64,000 nt of DNA from an uncultured virus (IMG/VR IMGVR_UViG_3300021256_002084) (taxonomy: Duplodnaviria > Heunggongvirae > Uroviricota > Caudoviricetes), in the IMG/VR virus record IMGVR_UViG_3300021256_002084; one strand, given 5' to 3'. The stretch's first letter is position 1, and every line of letters begins with the position of its first letter. Both the position numbers and the translations under genes were made by a program. Under the pieces are notes generated by a model that saw nothing but the letters and a program-made list of their open reading frames with translations, had not been told where the DNA came from and did no database searches. Of the stretch, positions 55,495 through 64,000 are shown piece by piece.

Positions 55495-57801
55495 TCATCT
55501 ACGCTTATGACTATTGTACTGAAAACGCTGATCGCGGAATAACGGTTCAAAAGAAGAAACTTTAATACCGAGTTTCCACAGAACGTAACTCAATGACATC
55601 TAATCTCTGTGACTATACTTTCTCAGTACTTCGGCCCACATATCCATCACTTTCCTGACTTTATCCGTATTCTTACGCACTATCACATTCGTCTCGTGTA
55701 ATCCATAGTGATGCGGGAACTGTTCTTGTCTGTAGAAATCAAGCTGCGGATTCAAATTATTCCAAGTATCTTTCCTGTACTTTACAATTGCTTCAGCCTC
55801 GTCGTATATACAGTCTCTCTTCGGATGTTTGGTGATGACGACATCATCGTCTGCTATCTTATCGACGAACTCATCGAGATTGCATTTGATAGTCAGGTTG
55901 CCGTCGACCCAAAGACATATATCATAGTTCTCAAGGAACTCATACGGCTTGATTTTGATGATGCGCTGCTTCTTGATGATTGAGAGACTTTCGTCGTTCG
56001 CTATAGATTTCGGTAACGGACGTATCTCCCAGACTTTTGACGTGAAATTAGTCTGATCCGTAAAGCAGACGTATCTCCATCCTGGCGTCACTACCAGAGG
56101 TTCTATCAATGCATCATATTTTCCAGTAATGCAAGTATAGCATATCTTGATTGAGGTTTCTTCTCTCCTCATAAGACGTCCTTTCTATATATTAATATCG
56201 TTTATCTTGTTTCCCGTCGTATTTACATCACACAGACGGTCGCTCTTTGCAGACTTTGTCGTATATGGTCGCATAGAACGGTAATCGGGAGTTCCGACGA
56301 CACGCACATTACGCTCATTCTCTATAATCTTGAGCAATATGTCATCTGTCGTAATGTAATCGTAGATATCTTCTTCTTTTATATCTTCAACGTGAAGTAT
56401 GTTAGCGGGATAAAGTACGCCACCGACGCCAGTAGCGAACAAATCGAAAGAAGGAACCGACTTGTCCTTAGACTGGAATATCCAATCTCCGTAGTTTTTC
56501 GGAGTTATTCCGTCTTCTTTATAAGTGATACAATGACAACGGCACGCACAGACAGTATTCGGATATTCGACGTGCGTACGATACAAATCCTCTATCATCT
56601 TAGAGTAATAGTGTTGATCATCGTCTACTGTAATGATGACAGCATCTTTGTACTTCATCATAGCCGGATAATACTTCAAGTGGGGACGATAGTTCTTTTC
56701 ATATATGATTATTTCTACTTTGCCCTCACGCTGAAGTTTAAGTATAGAATCAGGAACATATTGTTTATCGTCTTTGTATATGCTCAATACGACTAATTCT
56801 GGTTTAATGGTCTGCTGTGTTAATATCTCTCTGATGACATTCGGTGCATCATTCTTCAGTCTCTCCCCGAAAGATGTCAGAGATACGATAATGCGTTCGG
56901 TCACTTCGACTTTACGCTTCATCGATGAGAGAACGCCAGTTCGTCTCGCAGGATTGATAGGATTTCTCTGAGGAAACTTCAAATCAGTAGTTTTGTTCCA
57001 GTAATCAACAAACTCTTGCTTGCCCATATGAATTCCCCAAGGATAACGGCCCAGACGTTTATGCCACAGTTCTGGATTGTTATCAATAGCGAATTCAACC
57101 GCAGTTTTAACATCAGTATTCTCGTGTACATTATATAATATATAAGAAATATACTGATCCTCGACAGTCTTGAGACGTTCGTTGCGTTTCAACCCAGAAT
57201 CGGGTTTTAATATGTCAATCATTCTCTAAACCTTTCTGAGAGACAACCCACCATTTCCGCACGCTTCTTCTGGAATTCCTATAGAAGATGCGTATTCTTT
57301 CGTCCATGGCGCACCGATGTACGTCTTGTCCATAGCAACAAAATGCTTCAAGTCGTCAGCAGTTCCGAATATGTAAGCATCGAGTTGCAAGATGAGGATA
57401 TACTTCCAGGCAGTGAAATGCTTATAGAAGTCAGCAGACAAAAGCATATCCGAATATGAGTTCTTCCCGATGAAGTTTCTTGAAGGAAGTCTGAGATACT
57501 GCAATTCGACTCCAGATGCAATGGAATTGTAAACATCAGCCCTCAGAAGTTTGGGACATACAATACAGATGTCGAAATACTTACCGAGTTTCTCAACATT
57601 GTTCTTCAGATTCATCTGCTCGAATTCTAGAATCCTGTTAGTGTACGCAGGGATGACTATCAGACACTCTGAATTTTTCTTGGGTTTAATAATATCATTC
57701 GTCTATAGCGGAGCAACAGTTCCAGTAAAGTCGTTGTACGACTATCCTGTATTTCCAACAGACGATTTGTACACATTATAGAATTCTTGAAATGAATGCA
57801 T
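55495..57801 (-). CDS. Three-domain glycosyltransferase fusion: DUF5672-like + GT-A + DUF616-like (5 TAG=Gln)
   Basis: YILILQLDA, YIGAPW, GNGGLSLRK; IIVSLTSF..R, IITVDDD; YTCITGKYD, WVDGN, HPKRDCIYDE, RD-TAG-MS; one frame from ATG 57801 to TGA 55495. Confidence 0.75.
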
Positions 57802-57999
57802 TGAAATGTAAGAAACTTCGATTTTAATTATTTATTTTCAAAAGTTGTGCATTTTGTTTATAAACAAAAAAGAGCAGTTCCTTTGCCAGAATCTGCTCCG
57901 AGGAAATATATAATATACCCGGCCAAGGTTGGAATTTTCTTTCCTATAGATGGGACAAATATATTTATCAGAGAACGAAAATGTGAAAATTGAATTTTC

Positions 58000-58893
58000 T
58001 TAAATGATTGTTCTTTCCGTTTCCCATTCAACTGCCTTGTGCCCGCCGGTCACAAGAATAGCAGCCTCATCCAAAGAGCCGACTGTCGTTCCGATTCCGA
58101 CTGTATAGTTTTGTTCGTCGATGACTACATTCGGAACTAACATATGAAGTTCGTCTATGTTCACATCATCTGCTATCTTCGTGTTTCCCAAGAACATATA
58201 ACGTCCGTCGTTGAGTTTTATGCATTCTGCGTAGAAGTCTGGACCTTTCAGCACGTGCTTCTCTATGATGCTTTCTTCTTCGTCGAAATCGTCTTGATAG
58301 TCAGAATCATTACGAACAGCGCTCAATTTATGATTACTGAGAGATATGCGTTTTGAACGGGGACGCTTGATGTTCTGCGTAAGAGCGAATCTGCGCTTCG
58401 TGTATATCCCATTGAAACCGGCATACTCAATCATCATCATATAGTCATTGAAAACATCACGCATCAAGACTTTCTTATCGGGAGACAGATACGGTTCTTC
58501 TGGAATACTACGATTCTCCATCAGTTCAACATCACCTTGTTCAATTGCTTGAATGATAGCCAGATACTCAAGATACATAACCTCAGACTTCTCGAACTAG
58601 CCAACTGAACGTGTCAAAACACAAGCGTCTGAGAACTCACGATGTTTCTATATATGCTGCAAAATACGCTTCGACGCATCGCCAGTCTAACCGATGTATA
58701 TCGAGCGTTTTTCTCCGCGAGTTTCCGGCCATATGAGCGTATATAGAGCAGCTTGCTTGATATGACTGCACTTACGTATGTAGTCTTGGTCGTATGAAAT
58801 CAAGACAGTCATACACAGTTGTTTCTCCGGATAGACATACACACGAGTCTAGTCCGGACGTCCGTTAATCAAATAGCCGTCGATTTTAATCAT
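58000..58893 (-). CDS. GIY-YIG nuclease-domain protein (TAG at 58849, 58687, 58648, 58597)
   Basis: ALYTL...IYIG-TAG-TGDASKRILQH...YLE; C-terminus resembles DUF4357 (S...AA..V.G....W). Confidence 0.7.
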
Positions 58894-58902
58894 ATGATCC
58901 GA

Positions 58903-59190
58903 TTATAGATATTTCTCGTCGTTTACTGAAAATGAGAACTCGGTTTCGTGGTCGTGATCAACTACAAGTCTACGTGCTGGAGCATCTTCTTTACCCTTTA
59001 CGCATCCGAGATACATACCAAGTGTGCCGTAGCGCATTTGAAATTCAGAACACTCGTAATATTCGTTGCCTTTTGATGTTGCAAGTTCTGCGGCTATACG
59101 ACCGTTTATCTTGTTCTGAAAGTAGCGTTGTTTGTCATTGGAGTGAGCTGGTTGAAAGTTCCACTCAATCGTATGAAATGTACTGTACAT
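58903..59190 (-). CDS. Hypothetical protein
   Basis: 95 aa ORF. Confidence 0.55.
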   Translation of the reverse strand: MYSTFHTIEWNFQPAHSNDKQRYFQNKINGRIAAELATSKGNEYYECSEFQMRYGTLGMYLGCVKGKEDAPARRLVVDHDHETEFSFSVNDEKYL

Positions 59191-59316
59191 ATATTTCTCT
59201 CTTCTTGGGTTTTCCTTATTTATTATTAAATATATTCAATGTTGGACAAAATTTGTGATTTTGTATTCAAAAAGATTTAATTAATGTTAATGAAATGAAT
59301 TTTGTTCTCTGATTAC

Positions 59317-59347
59317 TTGCACACTTAAAGATAATTTCTTACCTTTG
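59317..59347 (+). promoter_or_regulatory. Bacteroidota sigma-A type promoter
   Basis: TTGC-N19-TACCTTTG. Confidence 0.75.
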
Positions 59348-59377
59348 TGCTCACAAAGAAATTAATACAATAAGCAT

Positions 59378-60274
59378 ATGATTGAAGAGTTCAATTCAGA
59401 AAAGAGACAACGCCAGATTGACGAATATCTAGCGGCCGATTACAAAATCGGAGATATGGTCCAGGTACGCGGAAAAGACTTGCTGTCGAACACATCTCAA
59501 GACTCAGACGCATGGAACAACTTAAATGTCGTCGGCATTCAACCGGACGGCAAACTTGAGTTGCGTCGCAGCGGCTATCGTCCCAATGATTATCACGGAG
59601 AACTGAACATCATTGACCCGAAAGAAGTCGAAGTCAGGAAAGACTGTTTCAAAATCGGAGTCAATCCATTCCCGGAAAAGGATTGGATGTCTTGCGTTCG
59701 TACGACCGGCTACGGATTCAGCCATATCTACTTCAAAATAGGAGAAATTATCAAGAACAATAATGTCGCAAACACTATCAACGGCATTGACGTTTTTGAA
59801 TATAACTTCAACCCATATGTGATTGATAGCGACGGCAAGAAACTCTACTACCAGAGAAATTATGTCTGGACGCTAGAAGACGAGCAAGCATTTATTGAAT
59901 CCATTTACAATAATCTCAGTCTCGGAACAGTCGTTTTGAGAAAACGTTCGTATAATTACGTGAAGAGCCAGGCAGAGAAAGGAAACAAAGAAGTGGGATA
60001 CTTTGATGTCGTTGACGGCAAGCAGCGTCTACACACATTAAAACGCTTCTTAAACAATGAGTTTGCTGATATGCACGGAAACTACTTCGGTGATTTCTCA
60101 ACATATGCTCGTCGTATGTTCTCTCAGGATCCAAACGGATTGAACGTCTTGGAGATTGAAGAAAAAGCGACAGACGAAGATGTGTTGAGAGTCTTTATGA
60201 ACGTGAACTACTCAGGCAAGCCAATGTCAAAGGAACATCTTGAATACGTGCGTTCGTTATTTAAGAAAATTTAA
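59378..60274 (+). CDS. DUF262 (ParB/GmrS-like) domain protein
   Basis: YQRNYVW, VVDGKQRL, F...N..GKP motifs. Confidence 0.8.
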   Translation: MIEEFNSEKRQRQIDEYLAADYKIGDMVQVRGKDLLSNTSQDSDAWNNLNVVGIQPDGKLELRRSGYRPNDYHGELNIIDPKEVEVRKDCFKIGVNPFPEKDWMSCVRTTGYGFSHIYFKIGEIIKNNNVANTINGIDVFEYNFNPYVIDSDGKKLYYQRNYVWTLEDEQAFIESIYNNLSLGTVVLRKRSYNYVKSQAEKGNKEVGYFDVVDGKQRLHTLKRFLNNEFADMHGNYFGDFSTYARRMFSQDPNGLNVLEIEEKATDEDVLRVFMNVNYSGKPMSKEHLEYVRSLFKKI

Positions 60275-60295
60275 CAACATTAACAATAAGCAGAT

Positions 60296-61039
60296 ATGAA
60301 GATTAAAGAGATTTACGAAAACATCATTGCTTTTCTGATTGAGAACTTTACAGCAATATGTGAGAAGTTCGAGAAAGCATCAAAGATGACTGAAGAAGTC
60401 AAGCGAATTTCTGAGAACATAAAGAAAGACATTGATACTCTCTGGAAGTCAATGCAGCAACATCGTCAGCATGAGGGCACACGATATGTCTTAGTCAATC
60501 CGGATGGGGAACTTGACGGTTATTTCTTCAACGACCAGGACTACGACTCAAAGTTGCGTGAGTTCTATACTACAGCAGACATCAAAGCCGGAGAACGTCT
60601 CTATATGGTCAACAACTACTATGAAGAAAAGACGTTCATCGTTTGCTATCGCATCTATAGTCCTTCAAAGAACACGATGTTCCTCGAAGTAAAGGAATAT
60701 AATAAAGACAAGAGTTATGCGGATCCAGACTGGTGCTACACTGAAGAATTCGACAAGTGCGTTCGTAAGATGGCTGCTGACGAAGCCTATACAGAACGTG
60801 CAAAAAGAGACTTCAAGAAGTATCATAACTGCGACGAAGAGAACGAAGACGAAATAGAGAAAGAGTTTGAAGAGCGCAAACTTGACTTAGTCGCCTGGCA
60901 GATTGCTGATCAGATTGATAAAGAGCATCGCACATATCTTCAGTTCGATTGTATCAAATATCGTGTACAAGCGATTCTTTATAAAGATGCCGGAAAAGAA
61001 TGGCATAAACCTCATCGTTGGGAGTACTCCGAATTCTAA
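60296..61039 (+). CDS. Hypothetical protein
   Basis: 247 aa ORF followed by a terminator-like hairpin at about 61058-61100. Confidence 0.7.
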   Translation: MKIKEIYENIIAFLIENFTAICEKFEKASKMTEEVKRISENIKKDIDTLWKSMQQHRQHEGTRYVLVNPDGELDGYFFNDQDYDSKLREFYTTADIKAGERLYMVNNYYEEKTFIVCYRIYSPSKNTMFLEVKEYNKDKSYADPDWCYTEEFDKCVRKMAADEAYTERAKRDFKKYHNCDEENEDEIEKEFEERKLDLVAWQIADQIDKEHRTYLQFDCIKYRVQAILYKDAGKEWHKPHRWEYSEF

Positions 61040-61143
61040 ACTTCTTCCATATTAAGCAAAGACGCCAGGAATCACGAAAATGATTTCAGCGTCTTTTTCT
61101 TTTGTCCGCATAAACTATTCTAGTTTTCTTGAGTACAATAAGT

Positions 61144-62400
61144 ATGATAAGCAGAAATAATACAAATACACAGGATACGAACAAGATTAAAGTATTTACG
61201 GCATTCTCAGGATATGACTCCCAGTGTCTCGCACTAAAGAGACTCAAGGACGAACATCCAGATTTCGACTACGAACTGGTCGGATGGTCAGAAATCGAGC
61301 CGAATGCTATCAAGGCACATAACATACTTTTCCCAGAAGCAGCAGACAAAAATCTCGGAGACATTGCTAAAATCGACTGGACGCAAGTTCCCGATTTCGA
61401 TCTCTTCACTTATAGTAGTCCATGCACCGACTTCAGTTTAGCCGGTTCTTTAAGCGGAGGCGAAGAAGGTAGCGGAACACGAAGCAGTCTTCTTTGGGAG
61501 TGTCGCAGATGCATTGAAGCCAAACGACCCAAGTACTTATTGCTTGAGAACGTACAGAACCTCGTCAGCAAGCGATTCTTCGACTTGTTTTGTAAGTGGA
61601 TAGACACAGTCAACGCTTTCGGGTATGAATCGTTCTGGACGACACTCAATGCCAAAGATTTCGGAGTTCCTCAAAACCGCGAAAGAGTGTTCTTAGTCTC
61701 AATACGCAAAGACTCTGAAGAAGAGAAAATCTCATTCAACTTCCCGAAACCTCTCAAGGTGAAGCCCGATGTCAAAGACATCTACGAAAAGCAAGTCTCC
61801 TCAGAATATGACATCGACTACAAGAAGATGATAGCGTGGGTCGCTAACAACCAGCAGAAAATCTTGGAGTATATATCAGAACGAAACAATATGGATATTT
61901 CCGAGATAGAAATAACAAATCCGGAAAACATCAGTATAATCTATAAAAGCAATACACAAGAAAGCGATATGCAGAAGAAAAAGAACAACCTCACTGAAGA
62001 AGAGCAGCAGTTGCTGGAAGAACAGGAAGCAGAGCGTGAACTGGAAAGCGCAGAACTCTCTGACTTCGACGATTCATTCAAGCCTACAGTTCTCAGTGAG
62101 GAAGAGAAAAGACGTCCAGTTAAACCGGTCATCGAATATCTGACTGAGGAAGACAAGAAGATACGTGGAAATGACAAATGCATCAAGATTATCCCTACGC
62201 CGACTCGAAGCGACGGATCTGCGCCCACACTGATGGCTACGGGTTATCAGTCAGCAGACTATAAGAACTTCTATTCAGTGGGACACTTCCCGAAACTTGG
62301 CGTCTTCGAAGTATGGCATCATAATCCGAAGAAACTTCGCAAGAAAGCAAATAAGACAGAAACATCAGAAGAAATATCTAACACAAACACACTTATATAA
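61144..62400 (+). CDS. DNA cytosine-C5 methyltransferase, motifs I-VIII only
   Basis: FSGYD (I), SPC (IV), ENV (VI), PQNRER (VIII); no recognisable motif IX/X. Confidence 0.8.
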   Translation: MISRNNTNTQDTNKIKVFTAFSGYDSQCLALKRLKDEHPDFDYELVGWSEIEPNAIKAHNILFPEAADKNLGDIAKIDWTQVPDFDLFTYSSPCTDFSLAGSLSGGEEGSGTRSSLLWECRRCIEAKRPKYLLLENVQNLVSKRFFDLFCKWIDTVNAFGYESFWTTLNAKDFGVPQNRERVFLVSIRKDSEEEKISFNFPKPLKVKPDVKDIYEKQVSSEYDIDYKKMIAWVANNQQKILEYISERNNMDISEIEITNPENISIIYKSNTQESDMQKKKNNLTEEEQQLLEEQEAERELESAELSDFDDSFKPTVLSEEEKRRPVKPVIEYLTEEDKKIRGNDKCIKIIPTPTRSDGSAPTLMATGYQSADYKNFYSVGHFPKLGVFEVWHHNPKKLRKKANKTETSEEISNTNTLI

Positions 62401-62480
62401 TTGATGTATCAAACATCAAAAAAGAACGACTCTTGATATACGATCGAGAGTCGTTTTTTATTTGTCAGTTATAAGACAGT

Positions 62481-63110
62481 TTACCCGAAGTCCACAATGA
62501 AATTCCCGTCACCGTATTTTCCGTAATGCTTACGAATGCGCTCGGCAAGTTCTGGCGTCAAGTCTCCATATACCATCTTCTCTCTCGGAAGACTGAAGTC
62601 CATTATAATGTTCTTCCCGTCTTGCTTACATAAGAAATCAATCAGGCTATCGACATCAGTAAACACTTCGTCATCGTGACAGATGCGGCAACGGAAAATC
62701 TCTTCTTTGTCACAATTCATAAACAGAACCGGACCGTTGCCATCGATTTCTGCAATATCGATATATGCGTCTCCACCGTACATATCATTAGACATAAAGT
62801 CGTCCCACTTCGCAAGTTCCTGTACGTTCATTTCACCAGCACGAACCTTGCTGAACATATCTATTCCTTTCTTGTACATATCGTGCAAGCGTGAATACTC
62901 AGCCTTAGAACTGCGCTGTTTAATCTCACTCTCACTCAGGCCGATGTCACGCAGATAGCGATACATCTTGTCATTGTACCAGGCATAGAAGTCCTCATAA
63001 GACTGAGAATCTTTCTCTTTCAGATTCTTAATCTCTTTGTCGAGCCAAGCGTTCAATTTCTCTTTCGGAATCAAGTCAGCTCTGTATCTGCTCCATGTCC
63101 ATTCACTCAT
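62481..63110 (-). CDS. Hypothetical protein
   Basis: 209 aa ORF; bidirectional hairpin at about 62420-62460. Confidence 0.7.
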   Translation of the reverse strand: MSEWTWSRYRADLIPKEKLNAWLDKEIKNLKEKDSQSYEDFYAWYNDKMYRYLRDIGLSESEIKQRSSKAEYSRLHDMYKKGIDMFSKVRAGEMNVQELAKWDDFMSNDMYGGDAYIDIAEIDGNGPVLFMNCDKEEIFRCRICHDDEVFTDVDSLIDFLCKQDGKNIIMDFSLPREKMVYGDLTPELAERIRKHYGKYGDGNFIVDFG

Positions 63111-63143
63111 AACTATATAATGTCTTAATCATTGTTGTTTGAC

Positions 63144-63611
63144 TTAATGTAACTCGTGCGTTATCTCGCCTCTCTTCGGGTAGTCGTCCAGATGAACTGT
63201 ATTATTTATGATGTTCAGCATCACTTTCTCTTCCGGAAAATCTGGGACGAAAGTCATAATGTCAGCATCTGATGGCATATAACCTTCGAAATCAATCACA
63301 ACAGGCTCTGTCATCAGACTCATTATCTTATTAATCTTTTCGGGAAACTCTCGGAAGCAAGCACTCGAAGATACAGTCCCGGAAGCAAACTCGCCACTTA
63401 TTGTGTCTATCGGACGGTCATCCATAAACATAATTCGCTTCAAGTCACTGACAGCGCTGAAGAACAACTGCTCAACAGTCATATCGCTGTCCTCAAAATA
63501 CTTGTTCTTATTGCCTTTCGTCACTACAGCATCGTAGAGGCATTCCATCACTGCAAGAGCTGCACTTTGCTTGTTCTTGATATACTTGAAATCTAATCTA
63601 TACTTTTTCAT
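63144..63611 (-). CDS. Hypothetical protein
   Basis: 155 aa ORF. Confidence 0.65.
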   Translation of the reverse strand: MKKYRLDFKYIKNKQSAALAVMECLYDAVVTKGNKNKYFEDSDMTVEQLFFSAVSDLKRIMFMDDRPIDTISGEFASGTVSSSACFREFPEKINKIMSLMTEPVVIDFEGYMPSDADIMTFVPDFPEEKVMLNIINNTVHLDDYPKRGEITHELH

Positions 63612-63626
63612 CTTTATTTGTCTTTA

Positions 63627-63809
63627 TTATGTTTGTCTTAACTGAGTTCCCGATACTGTGTCCAACAAGACTTTAAACGCGGCTTCATCTCCTATCATAT
63701 CATAGAGTTCTTCAGCGTCCTTGATAGTCTTTGCATAAACTTCCTCCCACTTGTCGTTCTTGTCACAGTAGGAGATGCAGTACCGGTCTTTCTGAGTGTT
63801 CTGAGCCAT
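63627..63809 (-). CDS. Hypothetical protein
   Basis: 60 aa ORF in operon. Confidence 0.55.
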   Translation of the reverse strand: MAQNTQKDRYCISYCDKNDKWEEVYAKTIKDAEELYDMIGDEAAFKVLLDTVSGTQLRQT

Positions 63810-64000
63810 TTTTAATTATCTTTATATTGATACGGTACGCCGTTAATCTTCTTAATGTTGTGCTGAATGACGCATTCTTCTTTCTCTCGTTTCATTGGAG
63901 TTCCGTCTTTCTTGCAAACTTTCCCGTAGTACGCCATCTGCGGCATATCCCAAATGTGAACCCCGAATCTCTCAACTCAAATCAACCGCATATGATCCTC

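Noticed and set aside
63812..64000. Possible TGA read-through in the last minus-strand frame (TGA at 63977-63979)
   Set aside because: Single case at the window edge; TGA terminates many genes here, so a short ORF or mutation is more likely
1..64000. CRISPR array, IS element, intron or intein
   Set aside because: No regularly spaced repeats, transposase or splice-type motifs noticed

Overview
64 kb of a T4-like jumbo/megaphage (Lak-like) that probably infects a Bacteroidota host such as Prevotella; there are five TTG/TTTG-N19/20-TAnnTTTG promoters. The phage reads TAG as Gln (code 15-like). About 55 in-frame TAGs join the fragmented ORF track into long genes that all end in TAA/TGA, and TAG falls on conserved Gln positions (GIY-YIG YIG[Q]T, DUF616 RD[Q]xS). 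1-24 kb is a minus-strand virion gene block with a gp21-like prohead protease and several 1,300-1,700 aa proteins. 24-64 kb is accessory: dnaJ, bacterial PARG, mtnN, a TonB-dependent receptor/NadR/PnuC NAD-salvage operon, five tRNAs, a spanin-like protein, a ferritin-like protein, tdk, clpP, an ECF-like sigma factor, a glycosyltransferase cluster, a GIY-YIG nuclease, a DUF262 protein and a C5 methyltransferase lacking motifs IX/X. The top finding is upstream of the tRNA array (Leu-GAG, Leu-CAG, Leu-TAA, Leu-CAA, Glu-CTC). A 28-codon leader ORF (41784-41698, MITRNLHIELNLLNEELLLLAELRCVHM) is packed with the codons those tRNAs read and sits in alternative 1:2, 2:3 and terminator helices. This looks like a ribosome-stalling attenuator that turns phage tRNA genes on when the matching host tRNAs are depleted. 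Product names come from motif recognition by eye; no searches were run.
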